Source of the DNA: the human T2T-CHM13v2.0 reference genome, Homo sapiens
Assembly (NCBI RefSeq): GCF_009914755.1
Contig: NC_060926.1
Length of the DNA: 64,000 nucleotides
Direction: 5' to 3' (one strand)
Of the stretch, positions 1 through 13,199 are shown in pieces. Below the pieces are notes generated by a model that worked only from the letters and a program-made list of their open reading frames with translations, made no database searches and was not told the DNA's origin. Position numbers and translations under genes: made by a program. Numbering within the stretch: position 1 is the stretch's first letter; each line of letters opens with the position of its first letter.

Positions 1-400
1 GGATGTTTCTGGATAAGACTAACATTGGACTCAGTGGGTTCAGTAGATTGCCTTCTCTAACGTGAATGGGCATCATCTAATCTGTCGAGGTCCTGAATAG
101 AACAAAAATGTTGAGGAGGATAAATTCATCCCTTTTGCTTCCTGCCTGCCTGCTTAAGCTGAGACACTGGTCTTCTCTTAACTTTTAACTGAGATTTACA
201 CCATCGAATCCCCTGCTTCTCAGGTCTTCAGATTCAAACTGGAACTGCACTACTGGCTTTCCTGGGTCTCCAGCTGGCAGATTGTAGATTGTGAGACTTC
301 TCAGCCTCCATGATCATGTGAGCTAATTTCTTACAATACATCTCTTCCTATATGTATATTCTATTGCTTTGGTTTCTCTGGAGAACCCTGACCTAATACA
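1..400 (+). mobile_element. MLT2-family ERVL LTR (3' part; runs off window start)
   Basis: Typical MLT2 tracts (gggcatcatctaatct...gaatagaacaaaaa; ctgggtctccagct...gacttctcagcctccat) ending in tttctctggagaaccctgacctaataca at 400. Confidence 0.85.
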
Positions 401-2136
401 GATACATATCCATACCTGGGTTTATTTGCCCTCTGTCTCTAGCGTGTCTTTTGCCCCTCTCACTCCTTATTTTTCCCTACTCTGGCCAACCAAGCTCAGC
501 TTAGAGTTCTGCTACCTTTGGATCTGGCTGCAAACTAGGCAGAAGGCTGAGGGCCCACTGAGTTCTCGATTGTTTCACCTATAATTCTCCTGCCAAGAGC
601 CTCTCATGGAAAAACTGAGCATGGGAGTTTTCAAAAATGGAAGCAAAGCAGAACAAGGCATGTTTGTAAAGGGAGAATAAAGAGACTTGCATTAGTGCAG
701 GGTGGCTTTTGAGAACATTTAGACTGAGCAGGAGAGGAGGGGTGAATTGTGGCCTGGAGGCAACGAAAATGAATGGGGATGAGAGGATATGTTTGAGGGA
801 TAGTTAAAAATGAGTCAAAAGTTTTAGATATCTAATTAGGTACGAGGCTTTAAAGAATCCTTTATATATTCATTCTCTAAAATATATAACCTAATATGTG
901 TCATGAAGGGAACAAAGGGACAGTTAGGACCAAAATCCTGCCTTTTTGGTGCTCATAGTTCAGAAAAGCAGATGGCATTAAGCACGCCTGCTGGGCTTAA
1001 AATGTCAGAGGAGATGTCTTCACCGGGGAGAGCAGAGGAAGCAAATCTGCCTGGGATTCTGGGAATGAGACAGGAAAAGGTATGCAGGGAATATCTTGGA
1101 GATCTCCACAGATAAATTTGAGTATATTTGGCTGTGCATAAAAGGATGAGCAGAAATTCCCTATCCAGAAAGATGAGCAGTGTGTTCTAGGCCAAGGGCA
1201 AAGTTAAGAACTTTGATGAGACTGGGAAGAGTGAGCGGCTTGGTGTTGCAGGAGCAGAGTGGGTGGGGGACAGAGGAAAGAGACACTTGAGAGGGGAGTT
1301 GGTGTGAAGAGCTGCCTTTTATGCCCATCGAAAAATGTGGAGAAATGCCATGAGAGATGAAGTCTCATTTAAGTGTTTTATCTGGGTTGGGGAGAGAGGA
1401 GGTGCCATGGCCAGATTTATGCTCTTTCATACAGATAATTCTGACTACAATGTAGAGATAGACTGTAGTGGGCAAAGTTGAATGGTGAGAGAGCCTCCCC
1501 TGAGGTCAAGCGCATGGAGGACATAGTGGTTGTTCTGTTCATAGAAAGGGGAGTGGACTGGGGGGACAGTGTGGTGAAACAGGGCATCTCCTGTTTTAGC
1601 TATGTGGACCAGACATACTGAGAGCTGGTCAAATAAAGAGGCAGCCACCTGCCATGGAACTTTTCCTGCATCTACCACAAGCCTGCATAGTTCAACATCA
1701 CATCTTCTAAAAATCTTCTCCAGTATCTCAGAAATTGCTTTTTCCTTTATGCCATTATGATGGGGAGATGGGAAGCAACTCTGCTAAATTAGGAACGTGA
1801 AAATAAAATTTTAAATTAGGAAAAGGATAAGATATCCTTCTGTAAAAAAGGGTAAATTCTTTCCACTTCTAAGAAATCAAGACAAATCTGTTTTGATGGG
1901 ACTAGAGATAAAGAGTAAGAAAAATGCCATCCAGAATGAGAGTTGGGGCTATGCAGGTGTCAGATAATGTGAGAGCACCTGAGAGGCAGGGTCAGAACAG
2001 TTGCATGAGGAGGCCAAGAAGAGTGCATTTGGGAGCAGGGTTTGCATGTTGATATTTTGTAAACTGAGTCATGCAGGAATTCTCATGTTTTTATGTTGCT
2101 TATGCCCTTCATATTTAATATGTCATTACCCAGTGA

Positions 2137-2375
2137 CAACAGCCAACATTAACATGGTGCTTCCTATATGCCAAGCATGGTACTAAGTGTTTTTACCTTT
2201 ATTAGCTTATTTAATCCTCTCAGTATTCCATGAAGTAGGAACAATCTCCATCCACATTTTATAAGTACAAAAACTGAGGCCCATAGCAGATAAATCCTGG
2301 GAAGTGGTGGTCTCAAGATTTAAACATGGGCTGTCTGGCCCTAATGCTGACTCTTTTAACTACTTAATATACTGT
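2137..2375 (-). mobile_element. MIR SINE
   Basis: Reverse complement of MIR core (tatttaatcctc...cattttata...aaactgaggc...atttaaac...gtctggc). Confidence 0.8.
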
Positions 2376-3859
2376 CTCTGCATACTAAAGTTCAGTAAGA
2401 CTTTATGTGAAGAACACTTGAATTGTAAATCATTTATTTCTAGGTGGGGATACTACATCCACCGATATTCCATAAAAGTAAATCAACTGGCACAGTTCAG
2501 GGAAAAGGAAGGGATGGAGTTTCAACATCTAGTTGTTAGTTGACTACATATTTGTCACCCTCATCATGTTTTCAGCCTCTTGAGGATCAAGGATCCTATT
2601 TCTTCTGTTTCCCTGTGACAGCTGGTAAAGGATTTTGCAAAAAGTAGGTGCCTTATAAATGCCTGTTAGTCAATTTTTCACAATTTCCCACTCTTGTCAG
2701 ACTCAGCAAGCTGCAATTCCTCCCATGGTGTGGAGTTGCTGCTGGGGAATAGCTGCCCAGCCAAGGACAACATTTCCAGCCCCCTTGTTCCTGCTGGGGC
2801 TGTTCAGAACTCTGGCAATGGAATTGGGTCGAAGAGTCACCCAGACAAATAGAGATTTTTTTGGAAGGAAAATTAATTTTTGTTACATGATGCTACTGTA
2901 ATTTAAGGGGACTGATTCTTACAGCAGCTAGCCTACCCTTATTAACACACAGTGGTTAATAAGGTTCTTCAAATGGAACCTTATTAATGGAATCAGTTCT
3001 TTAAATGGAAAACTGGAGTCCTGCTTTATGTATGGCCTGTGGCCATGTGGCTTGACTGGAGGCAGAAACCCCTCTGGGGACTTGTCTTTGTCTGGATTAG
3101 TTCAGTTGTCACTATCTTGTCCTTATTAAGCCATTAGGACATATGAGAGCCATGTTCTATATGTTGGAGAGAATGGCAGCCCCAGACCCCTTCTTTGACA
3201 GACAAAGGGCCATTGTATAACCAGGCATTACTTTATTCCTTCCCAGTAACTGTTCTGCCTCCTGAGCTCTTTTTTGGCCTGCCCTGTGAGGGAAACAGGT
3301 GAGGGAAATTTTTGTTTTAATCCACTGTCCATTCTTCTCCCCAGGTGTTTTCGCCTTTAAAATGCTTTTGGTCTTTGAATTCAGACCGATTATAGTTTTT
3401 GCCAAAAGAATAATCATCTACTTGCAGCTCAGCTGGTCACTTCATTTCTCCAGCGGGCCGAGGAAAGTATTATTATTAGACAATTTTTCTTCTCTCTAAG
3501 GGGAAAGAGCAGTGATTTGTTCCTCTGTTCAGGTCTCAAAAGAAGGTGAAAAATATACTTTTCCTGGTGGCTTTTGTCTGAACAGTCTGCACAGTGCTGG
3601 AAGGAGCCGTTGTTGCCTGGACGGCGGGTTTATTGATTGAGATCATATATGACGGGGCCTCTCTTGACATAGCTCTGCAGCTGGTGCTCCCCACGGCTCC
3701 TCAGCAAGTGTCTATTATGAGTTTTCACAGAAGGCTCTGGGAACCATAATGGCTTAGTTGGCAGGGAAAATCTCCATATTCTTTATACTTTCCTACTGAG
3801 CTCTGCTTCTGCAATGTATCTTTATCACCCCTCAGTAATTATTTCTTACTCTCAAACAG

Positions 3860-4045
3860 TACATTGTCTTTACAAAGTGATTCCATGTGGATCATCCCAT
3901 GGGATTCTCACAAAATCTTGGTGAAGGAAGTAGGGCTGACAATATTGCCCGTAATTTATAGAAGAGGGAACTGAGGAAAAATAAAATAATTTACTCAAGG
4001 TAACACAGCTTCCAAGCTGCAGAGTAGCAACTAGGATCTCTTACA
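3860..4045 (-). mobile_element. MIR SINE, degenerate
   Basis: attctcacaaaatctt...tttatagaagagggaactgagg...ctcaaggtaacacagct. Confidence 0.65.
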
Positions 4046-4337
4046 CATTTTTTTTCACCTCATGGTGTCACTTCTTATGGAATACGAAATTAATGCTTCG
4101 GTTATGTATGTGAACTTCCTTTAATTGGAGTCCTAAAACTCAGCAAAGAGAAAAATCCCAGCCTAACTATTACATTTCCATTCACAAAACTGCAACTAGG
4201 TGTGACCAAAGTGCTTCAGGGTAATGTATATGCATTATTATAAGACAGTGAAGTTGTGTAAGGGAAATGCCATTTTTTTCCCTAGTAGAATACACAAATA
4301 TAACACACACAATAGAATACACACACAATAGAACACG

Positions 4338-4535
4338 GAAATATTTATGATGAAACAATAATGTCTAGGACTTGTTTTAAAATAATGCAGTAGAGGAGGA
4401 TTTGGGGAAAGTTGGTAAACCTAGATGAAACAAGTTTAACCATTTACTGATAATTATTGAAGCTGGGTCTTAGGTACATTGGGGTTATTATGTTATTTGC
4501 TGTACATTTTTTAATATGTTAAAAATTTCAAAACA
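4338..4535 (+). mobile_element. Old L1 (L1MC/L1ME-type) 3' end fragment
   Basis: gaaatatttatgatgaa...tagatgaaacaag...gataattattgaagctggg...ggggttattat resembles the old L1M 3' UTR terminus. Confidence 0.65.
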
Positions 4536-4942
4536 AAATGCTAAACCTATAAAGATGCATTGATAGGTAGAGAAACCCATGTCTTTGAAGTCTTTAAGCA
4601 GAAGTAGCAGATCACTTTGTGAGTATATTAAAGAGAGTGTTAGATGTGAAGATCCCTGCAACCACTTGAACCATTGCTGACTGCTATTTAATTTTTATTT
4701 TGGAGAGAAAAATTTCCTAATAGTTAACTAAGTAACAAAGACAGTAAGACCATCTTGCCCCTATAAACTTTTGTGAACAATGCTTTATTAAGTTTTTAAG
4801 TTGCACCAAGATATTTTTATGAGCTGGCCATGCTGCGTATTTGAAAGTTACATTAGTGCAAAATGGGCCATTAGAGATCCAGTCCTGAGAACTTTTATTC
4901 CTGACACAAGTCCCAAATGCCCAGGTGGGAGGAAGCAACTGG

Positions 4943-5015
4943 AGGGAAAAGAAAAGCCTCCATGAATGTGGAAGGGAAAAGAAAAGCCTCCATGAGTGTG
5001 GAAGGGAAAGAAAAC
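4943..5015. repeat. 30-bp tandem repeat, about 2.4 copies
   Basis: agggaaaagaaaagcctccatga(a/g)tgtgga repeated with period 30. Confidence 0.9.
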
Positions 5016-6499
5016 GGGCCACTTAATAGACCATGTATGAGGAACAGGCAGGATGGGAGCCAGGGCAGCGCTCTAGAGGTTATGACTAAAGAGGTGAAGA
5101 TGGAGACAATGTGGTAAGGGTACTCTTCACTACCAGCCTTGACTACCAGTGACCTTGAGCAGATGGCACAGCACCTCCAGACATGTGGGGCTCCAAGTCC
5201 CCAGAGCTAGTTCTGCCAGACAGGGCTGAACCATTTTAACACATTGCTTATCTCATCGCCAAAACAGGGATTGGAAATCTCTGGCAGATGGCTGTATGCA
5301 GCTCTGTGCAAGTGTGGTAGGCACCAGGGGTGAGAGGCTGAGCCCTAAAAAAGCTAAATTCTAAGCTCCTATGAGTTCTTAGATCCTTGGTGCAGGAATT
5401 TAAAAGGATGATTATTTATGAAAATTGTTAATCCAGCCACATACTCACCTTATGTTCTAGGAAGCTGTGCATTTGCACAGTCAAGAAGAGAGCTAAGGTT
5501 AGCTCAGCAGGTTAGGAAACAAGATTTAAATAAAAAACCATTCAAATCTTTTTTGTTTTTGTTTTTTCTTTTGCCCAAATGCATTTTTCTCTTTTACTTT
5601 AACCCGTGAGAACAACATTTTCTTCATTTTTTATTTTCCCCCTAAACAATTAGTTTTAATTGAATTGAATAATCCTATTAGAGACGTAGCATCTGGTTTT
5701 CTATTTTGACAGTGACTTTTGTAGACAGTGGTTTCTGAATTTAAACTGTGCCAAAAAGGACACTTGTGGGGAGGTCTTGGCACCCAGGTACATAGATCCC
5801 CACAGATGCCAGATATGTTGGCAGTAAACTCTCCCCCTCTATTGATTATAAGAAAAGCTCCTTAAATGTTTTCATGCCCATTGCCTCCTGTCATCCTCAA
5901 GAGACTTCAGAGTTGTCTCAAGTGAGCCTTGTCACCCCCATTAAGAACATGGAATAATCAAGGCTTAGAGAAGTGGCAGTTTATCAAGAGCTCATTTTTC
6001 CAGCTTCCAGGTCACACCAGCAAAGCATGCTCCTTCTCCACCTGGCAGGATGGTTATACTCCCAGCCTCTCTCACTGAAGACTTGCTTCCCAGAAAATCC
6101 ATCATCTTACTCCCCTCCTTCGTTACCACAGGATGACACAGAGACCACTGTGCAAACAAATAACTTTGGCACCCCAGCATCACCACATCGCCAGTACAAT
6201 CACCTGCACTTAGGGAGCCTTTGCTGGCTTTCACACCACAGGGCTGAGCATTATCCAAATGCTGAACATGGTGACTGGGGGCTGATCACCTCTACATCCT
6301 GGGGAGCTTCTGTGGATGCACACATTCATTCTAGACCAAAGCAATACTCTCCCAATGCATTGCTTTTACATAACATGTCAGAACCAGCTTGCCATGATTT
6401 CCTTTGTTTATAAACCACAGTCTTGGCCATTGTGGAAGTGCTTCAGAGAAAAAAAGAATGAATGAGAAGGTTTTCACATTAACTGGAAGTTCCATCTTC

Positions 6500-6665
6500 A
6501 GACTGGCTGTAATACTAAACAGCCATATAACCTTGAGTAAGTGAACTACTGTTTCTGAATCTTAGTTGCCTCAACTATGAAAAATAAAAAGAGTAAGAAC
6601 CCTCGTAGCATTACTGTGGTACTCAAAAGGGACAATATGTGTGAAAATACCTTGGAGAGTGTAGT
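6500..6665 (+). mobile_element. MIR SINE, degenerate
   Basis: ataaccttgagtaagt...tctgaatcttagttgcctcaactatgaaa. Confidence 0.6.
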
Positions 6666-7335
6666 AAAGACAATAGCAACAATCACAGTACTTTTATACT
6701 ATTGAAGATGCCAGAAGTTGGGATGGTTTCTCTCTCACTCTGCCTTAGGGAAACTGAGGCACCCAGAATTCAAATAAAGCAGAAATTGTTGGGGGAGGGG
6801 ACAATAAAAGCTTACTGGGCTCAGAGATGAATATTGTTACAATGATCATACAACCTTTGTGGTAGAATCAATGTGGTATGAGGAAATGAGGATCCTTTGA
6901 AAGGTAAGAAGATATACAGAAAAAGCAATCATTGCCCAGTGCTAAAACCAAAATGCTAGAATTTGGTTTAAACCATTTGGTTGAAAAGTTTGTTTGGCCC
7001 CATTCCTGCCCTTAGAACATGATCCAATGAAAGCCCAGTTGTGGTGGACAAGATGTGCATGGAAAGGAGCTGGCTCACTTAAACCTTAGAGTGGTATGTG
7101 GAGAAAACCTGGCATACAAGATGAAGGGGAGAAAGAAGGACTTGGCCACTGTATGACCCTTTACAGGATCCAACCAGGCCACCTGGAGGCACCGGAGCAG
7201 AGAGAGATTGTCGCATTTGGACACACTACCTTAATACCTCTGGAAATGTTTGGAACACAAACTCCGAACACAGCATTTTTTAGATGTGAAACATGTCCTT
7301 GTGATGCTTACTATTATCTCACACCAAGGTCAAGG

Positions 7336-8305
7336 TCATTCAACACATGTTTATTGAACACCTTCTATGGAGCAGACACTATTCTAGCTTTGTGGAAAGA
7401 TGGAAAAACGGCCAGTGTGGTCATGATTTTTATAGACTGTGTAATCTCGTAAACCAATAGTTGTTAATTCGGAATAAGTGCTAGGGTAAAAACAAATATG
7501 GAGCTGTTTGTGAGAAGAGGAGGAAACTGTAAGGAAAAGTTTCTCTTGGATGTGGCTTATTTTAGGTAATTTTTTTAGTGATGGAGCTGGGATTTGAACC
7601 TAGGTGCCACATGCTGCTAGAGACAGTCTTCTTAAATCATGCTCTATTGTATCATGACAAGGGTAAAGAAATCATGCTGTCATGATCTACTGGCTCTGTT
7701 GCATCATTAGTAAGAATCAGCTGTAGTGCCAAGGTGTCTTCATTCATTTTGCTGACTGATGAAGGTCCAGTTATAGTGCAAAGTGCTGGAGCTAAAATGA
7801 TGAATATGATATAAATGTTACTGTCAAGGACCTCAATCTAGGGGCAAGAGGGAATACTGCAATTTGGTGTGATATGTGCATGACATAAGTGAAGGGTGGG
7901 TTATTGAAACCCAGCAAAAGGGCCTTGTGGGGACTTGAAGCTTTCTGAGAGGAGGTGGCTCTATGGGGAATCCTAATCCTGCGTTTGATTCAGAATGAAA
8001 CATGTCATCAGGGCAGAGAAGAGAGCGAGGAGACTATTTTGGGTAAGCAAACCTGCAAGTAAGCAAGATCTTGGCATTTTTTTTAGTAATTGTAGCAGAG
8101 TCATCATGGGTAGAGCAGAGGGGTGAGGAATTTGTGACAACTGAATCTGATATGTGAGCAGGAGTCAAATCAGGAAGGCTTTTATTAAGCCATATTGGGA
8201 AATTTGGACTTTGTCCTGGAGGAAAATAGGGAACCCTGAGAGGTTTTAAGCAAGGGACTAAAGTCATCAAACTTGAGTGTCTGAAGTTTTCTCCACTGCC
8301 ATATG
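7336..8305 (-). mobile_element. L2 LINE fragments (two 3' ends, near 7336 and 7740)
   Basis: cattcaacacatgtttattgaacacc (reverse complement of L2 3' tail) and ttggactttgtcctg...gggaaccctgagaggttttaagcaagg (L2 body). Confidence 0.7.
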
Positions 8306-8379
8306 GTGGGGATGAGATAACGGCTGACCTAGGAGTTTGAAGGCTCTGACACTTGCGTTACTTAGAGGCAAGGGGGTAA

Positions 8380-8606
8380 GGTGGAGGATGTGGGCTTCAG
8401 CCTTAGGCAGATGAGAGTTTTAGTCTTTGTTAGGCTACTTGTAAGCTATGTGTTCTCTGAACCTTAGTTTTCTCCCCTGTAAAATGAGAATAAAAATAGG
8501 ACTTCCTAATAAAGCTGTTGTGAGGATTAAATGAGGTAATGTAAATGCACATACAGTTCTCAGCACTGTGCCTAACACATGGCTAAGTACTTGATAAATG
8601 ATAGTT
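8380..8606 (+). mobile_element. MIR SINE
   Basis: ctctgaaccttagttttctcccctgtaaaatgagaata...gttgtgaggattaaatgagg...cactgtgcctaacacat. Confidence 0.85.
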
Positions 8607-8707
8607 GAAGATGTCAGCTAGAATGTTTCTTAACCTCCATGTATGTAGCCAATAGCTTTTTATGTACCCACAGTTTGCTACCATTATTCTTTAAATTTTT
8701 TCAGATT

Positions 8708-8803
8708 TAAATTTTATTTTTAATTGACAAATAATGGGGTACAATATGATAGTTTGATGCACATGTACATTGTAGAATGGTCAAATCAGGGTTCTTAGTG
8801 TAA
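8708..8803 (-). mobile_element. L1MA 3' end fragment
   Basis: ttttatttttaattgacaaataat...ggggtacaatatgat...tttgat...tacattgtagaatg is the reverse complement of an L1MA terminus. Confidence 0.65.
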
Positions 8804-10486
8804 CTCTGTTATTTCAAGATTCTGGTCTCTTTTCCCAACATTCTGCTTTGTTGGCTCAATTAGAAGGCAAAACGAAAATAAAGGAGCATTTACTTCCTAC
8901 CCCATTCTATTTCTGTTTGAGACTTTGATATGAATGGAAACATTTTCAATCCAGCTAGCTCTAAGAGGAAAAACCAAGCTTGGGAGAGGGAAGCATTCTT
9001 CCCCTTCTTTGCCTACCATTGTGTAAAACATGGCCCCAGCACTTTGTGAGCCCAGTTAGTGTTAGCTAGAATTGTTATAGGCCTGGTTAGAGTTTGGCCA
9101 TCTCAAGAGCAGGTCAAGAAAAAAAGGTTCACAGGAGAAGTCTACTTCTGTTTTAGATTACAAAACAAATCACTGAGGACAACTACGGAATATCTAGCTT
9201 CTGTGTTTAATATTCACCCTTCCAGACTTCTCAGCTGCACTTTCCAAATCAAAGCAATCCTTGCCCTGACTGCCACACACATCTTTGCATCTCTGGTATG
9301 TCATCGGTGTCATTAGGGGGAACCTCTCTAGTGAATGGGACATATCATACATATTTAATGTGATAGAGCTTGCTTTGGCTCTACTATCAGGATAATAATA
9401 GTGTACTGATGAAAAGTTGGACACAAAGAAAAGTTAGTTTCTAAGTGGATAGTCATTTTATCTTTTGCTTTTCTGGAATTCAATCTGACTCATAAAAATT
9501 AGCAGCTGCTCCTGTTTATGCTGAGGAGCTATAAGAGTTCCGAAGACTGGGGTTTTATTCCAGGTAAATGGAGTGTCCTTTTTGGAAGCACTGTGCAATG
9601 AAGCTGAAGGAGAATAAAAAAGGGTCAATGATATCAAAAGCCCAGTAACTGTGTACCAATAAGTTAGATTAAGTATAGCAGGACCAAGGAGAAATATTTT
9701 AACCTCCTCACTCCTGCCTCGCTTTCCGTTTTTCAAATTTCTTTTCTATGTGCTCTTTGCTGTTTAATTTGCTTGACCATTCTTGAAAGGGAATTATTTC
9801 AATTGTTTCACTGAGATCATGTTATCATTTGTATGTACCTCCATAAGCTCGATTTTGCGTGACAGTGATGCTCACCCATTGTAGCAAAGGGATAGAAAAC
9901 CCAACATAAAGGAGAATTATAGAATTATTTTAGGGAATTATAAAGGAGCTCCACAGTTTAATCACTTAGCAAATATTGCTGAGCCCTGAACTACAAACTG
10001 GTGTATGGGATTCAGATGATTTAAAGGTGTCTGGGCCTACCTCATGAGTAGGTGTAGCCGATGGCTCTGAGGCATCTCTTTGAAAATGTTAATTTGATGG
10101 ATGGTTGGGGGGAAAGAGTAAAAGCTAAAAAGGTATCTATCCACTCCAAGGTGGTGGACTTGTGCCTGAGCATTCTGCAAGAGGGGCTCCCAGCAGGAGT
10201 TGAGAGATGTATTCCCAAGGAGGAAAGGAGGAAAGGAGCAAGGAGGGGGAGGGAGCACAGAGGTTTCAGAGACACAGCCAAGGCAAGAGGCTTCTGTGAG
10301 TGGTTGGCTGAATGGGGCCAAAGGGGAGAAAAGATGCTTTCTCCCCCTCCTCAACTCAACTAGTGAGCTCATTCACAAAGGGGTGCCGGCACTAGTTGCA
10401 CCTTGAGAAACAGTGGCTTTTGGACCCCTGTGGCTTTCACATGGCAGCAGTGGGACCGGAGAGGTGTCATGTGAAGTGGCTTCATG

Positions 10487-11062
10487 TGAGACAGGAATAA
10501 TACAGGGTGGTCATGGGAGAATAGAAAATTCCAGGCAGCAGTTTCAAATGACCAGCAAAAAAGAAACTGCTGAAATAGTTGCATAAGCTAGAGGCTGATA
10601 AGACCCTGAAAACCAGGATGTGGGTCACATTGGCCAAGAACAACTAGACCCAATGTGATACTAGATTTGACTTAGGTTTCACCTAGGACCTCATTATATG
10701 CTCATTAACATACCCAATCACACACCCACCAGCACCATATCTGTTCCAGGAACACCCATATTTGGTGTAAAAGTGGGTGGCACCACAGTTCCAAGAAATC
10801 TTCACCTTTTTCCAGAAATCTTTATAAATATTCCACCCCTTGGTTTTAAAGAAACCCATAAAGAGCCAAAAACCTTTGCATGGGATCCTCTCTTGAGTAT
10901 ACCTGCACTCCCCTTTCTTGACTATGTACTTTTTGCTTTGCAATAACTGTCTGTACTTTCACTATTTTCCCACTTGTCCTTGCATTCCTTCTTGTGATGG
11001 TGTCAAGAGCCTAGACACCAACAGGATCCAGGTCCTACCAGCGTTTGGGGACCTCCACGTTA
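10487..11062 (+). mobile_element. ERV1 solo LTR, MER41 family (MER41E-like)
   Basis: Starts TGAGACAGGAATAATACAGGGTGGTC; about 575 bp; ends ...gcgtttggggacctccacgtta; flanked by 4-bp catg at 10483-10486 and 11063-11066 (ERV1-size TSD). Confidence 0.8.
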
Positions 11063-11756
11063 CATGGGCAGTGGACATCAGTGAGTAGGATAAGACTACT
11101 TATGGACACATGACGTGGACCCCGGAAATTTCCAGTGTAATTCAGAGATCCTTTAAGAATGAAGACTGATATTATTGGGGAATGTGATAGTGGGGCAATA
11201 TCCCCAAAGGCAAGAAGCTAGAGCCTTTGTATTTCACTGTTACTTCAAAGTGATTTTTTGTTACTGTGCTTGTGAGTGTGGGCAAATTTCGGTTACATAT
11301 ATTGGTAAGCAGTGTTCGATAGGCAAACAATACATACTTTGGCCAAATGCTGAGACAAGAAGGATCATCTTTGTTTTTTTTTTGTTTTTGTTTTTGTTTT
11401 TTCATCCTAGTCATTTTTTCCTCTCTAGAAAGTTACATGCTGGAAACCTAAAATATTTTCTTAATTTCCCTTTTAAGCCCATCAATTCAATTTATCCAGC
11501 ACCTGAAAAATTTTTTTCTTTCCTTTTTTGCAATGGCGCATTTTAGATCCTTGGTTTGTTTCGCTTTCTTTGACAAAATCTGTTATCACTGAATTATCTT
11601 GCAGGATTTTTGTACCAATATTATACAAACACTTAGAACAGATTACCACTGAAATCCCAGGTAACATATATCACCCTTGGACACGCTCCCTTTGCAGTGG
11701 TTATGATTGCAATTTTCAACATAAAACAAGTGGACAGAAATACAAAAACGAACAAA

Positions 11757-11960
11757 GGAATCCAGACTCAGAGTTTGTGTCTGATTTCACACTTAGAGCT
11801 GTGTGAGCCAGCATGTTGCACAACCTGGCTGAACCTCAGTTTGCCCATCTGCAAACTGGGACTAATAATAGTCTCTACATTGTAGGGTTACCGTGAGAAA
11901 TCAATGAGAGAATGTGAGTACAGCAAGTGGCAGTGGCAGGCACATAGTGGGCTCTATGAC
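11757..11960 (+). mobile_element. MIR SINE
   Basis: agctgtgtga...ctgaacctcagtttgcccatctgcaaactgggactaataatagt...ggcacatagt. Confidence 0.8.
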
Positions 11961-11980
11961 GGCTCTTTAAAGTGGGAGGA

Positions 11981-12301
<321 letters not shown>

Positions 12302-12619
12302 TTATGCTTTAGGTACAGAATTTCATCTCCTAAGTCAGGATGGTAGTGAAATTCATTATAAATCAAAATTTGAGGAAAATGTGTTATGTTTCCCTGTGGA
12401 TAATACTGATGAATTCTGCTTTCTGTTGCTGGACAGGATGGTCTTTTGTAGTTGGATGACACTTTAAAATAAGTCAGGGAAGAATCTAGCACTTCGAATT
12501 GTATTGATACAGTGATATAATATTATGTCCTTGAAAGAGCTGGAATTTGTTGGTGTAAGTTGCACTCCATAGCACTCTAGCAATCTCTAGAATCAAGAGA
12601 TATTGTGCTCTAGTTGAAA

Positions 12620-12815
12620 TAGGGCAGACCTGGAGCTAGACACACTTTCTGGGTTCAAATCCTGGCTCATTATCATACCAATTATACTTTGGACATATAC
12701 AACCTCTCTGGCCTCACTCTTTTCCAGGAAAAGAGGCTACAAGGCCAGCTCTTTGAAAAGTTGTCTTAAAAGAGCTTACCACATTTGCTGACCTGTAGTA
12801 GATGCTGAGTATATC
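12620..12815 (+). mobile_element. MIR SINE, degenerate
   Basis: ctggagctagac...ctgggttcaaatcctggctc...aacctctctggcctca. Confidence 0.6.
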
Positions 12816-13199
12816 TCTGCTTCTTTTCCACTTTGCTTTCATATTTTTAGGTGTAAACCAATATTATATCCGTACAGGTTGAACAAATATTAGAATATGA
12901 GAGTAAGATGCATTGTGATATACCAGGAGAACACTAGTGATTTGGGGTTTTTCTTCATAGCTTAATAAATTATCAGGAATTAGAAGTCCTGTAGAGACTT
13001 TCAGATAGCAAGTGATGATAAACCAAATTATTCACCTAACATGGTCATCCTTTGAAAGAAAAATTGCTAAACCACGTGACAAGCTGTTTTTGATAATATG
13101 TGGTCAGTGAAGTTATTGTGTGTTAGGGAATAATGTGCTGCCACTTATTGAGCAGCTTCTATGTGCCAGACACTGCCGAGTGATTTCCATAACCTACCT

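Noticed and set aside
5973-6413. 146-aa ORF
   Set aside because: Non-ATG start, no recognisable domain, no clear splice context; may overlap decayed L2 sequence.
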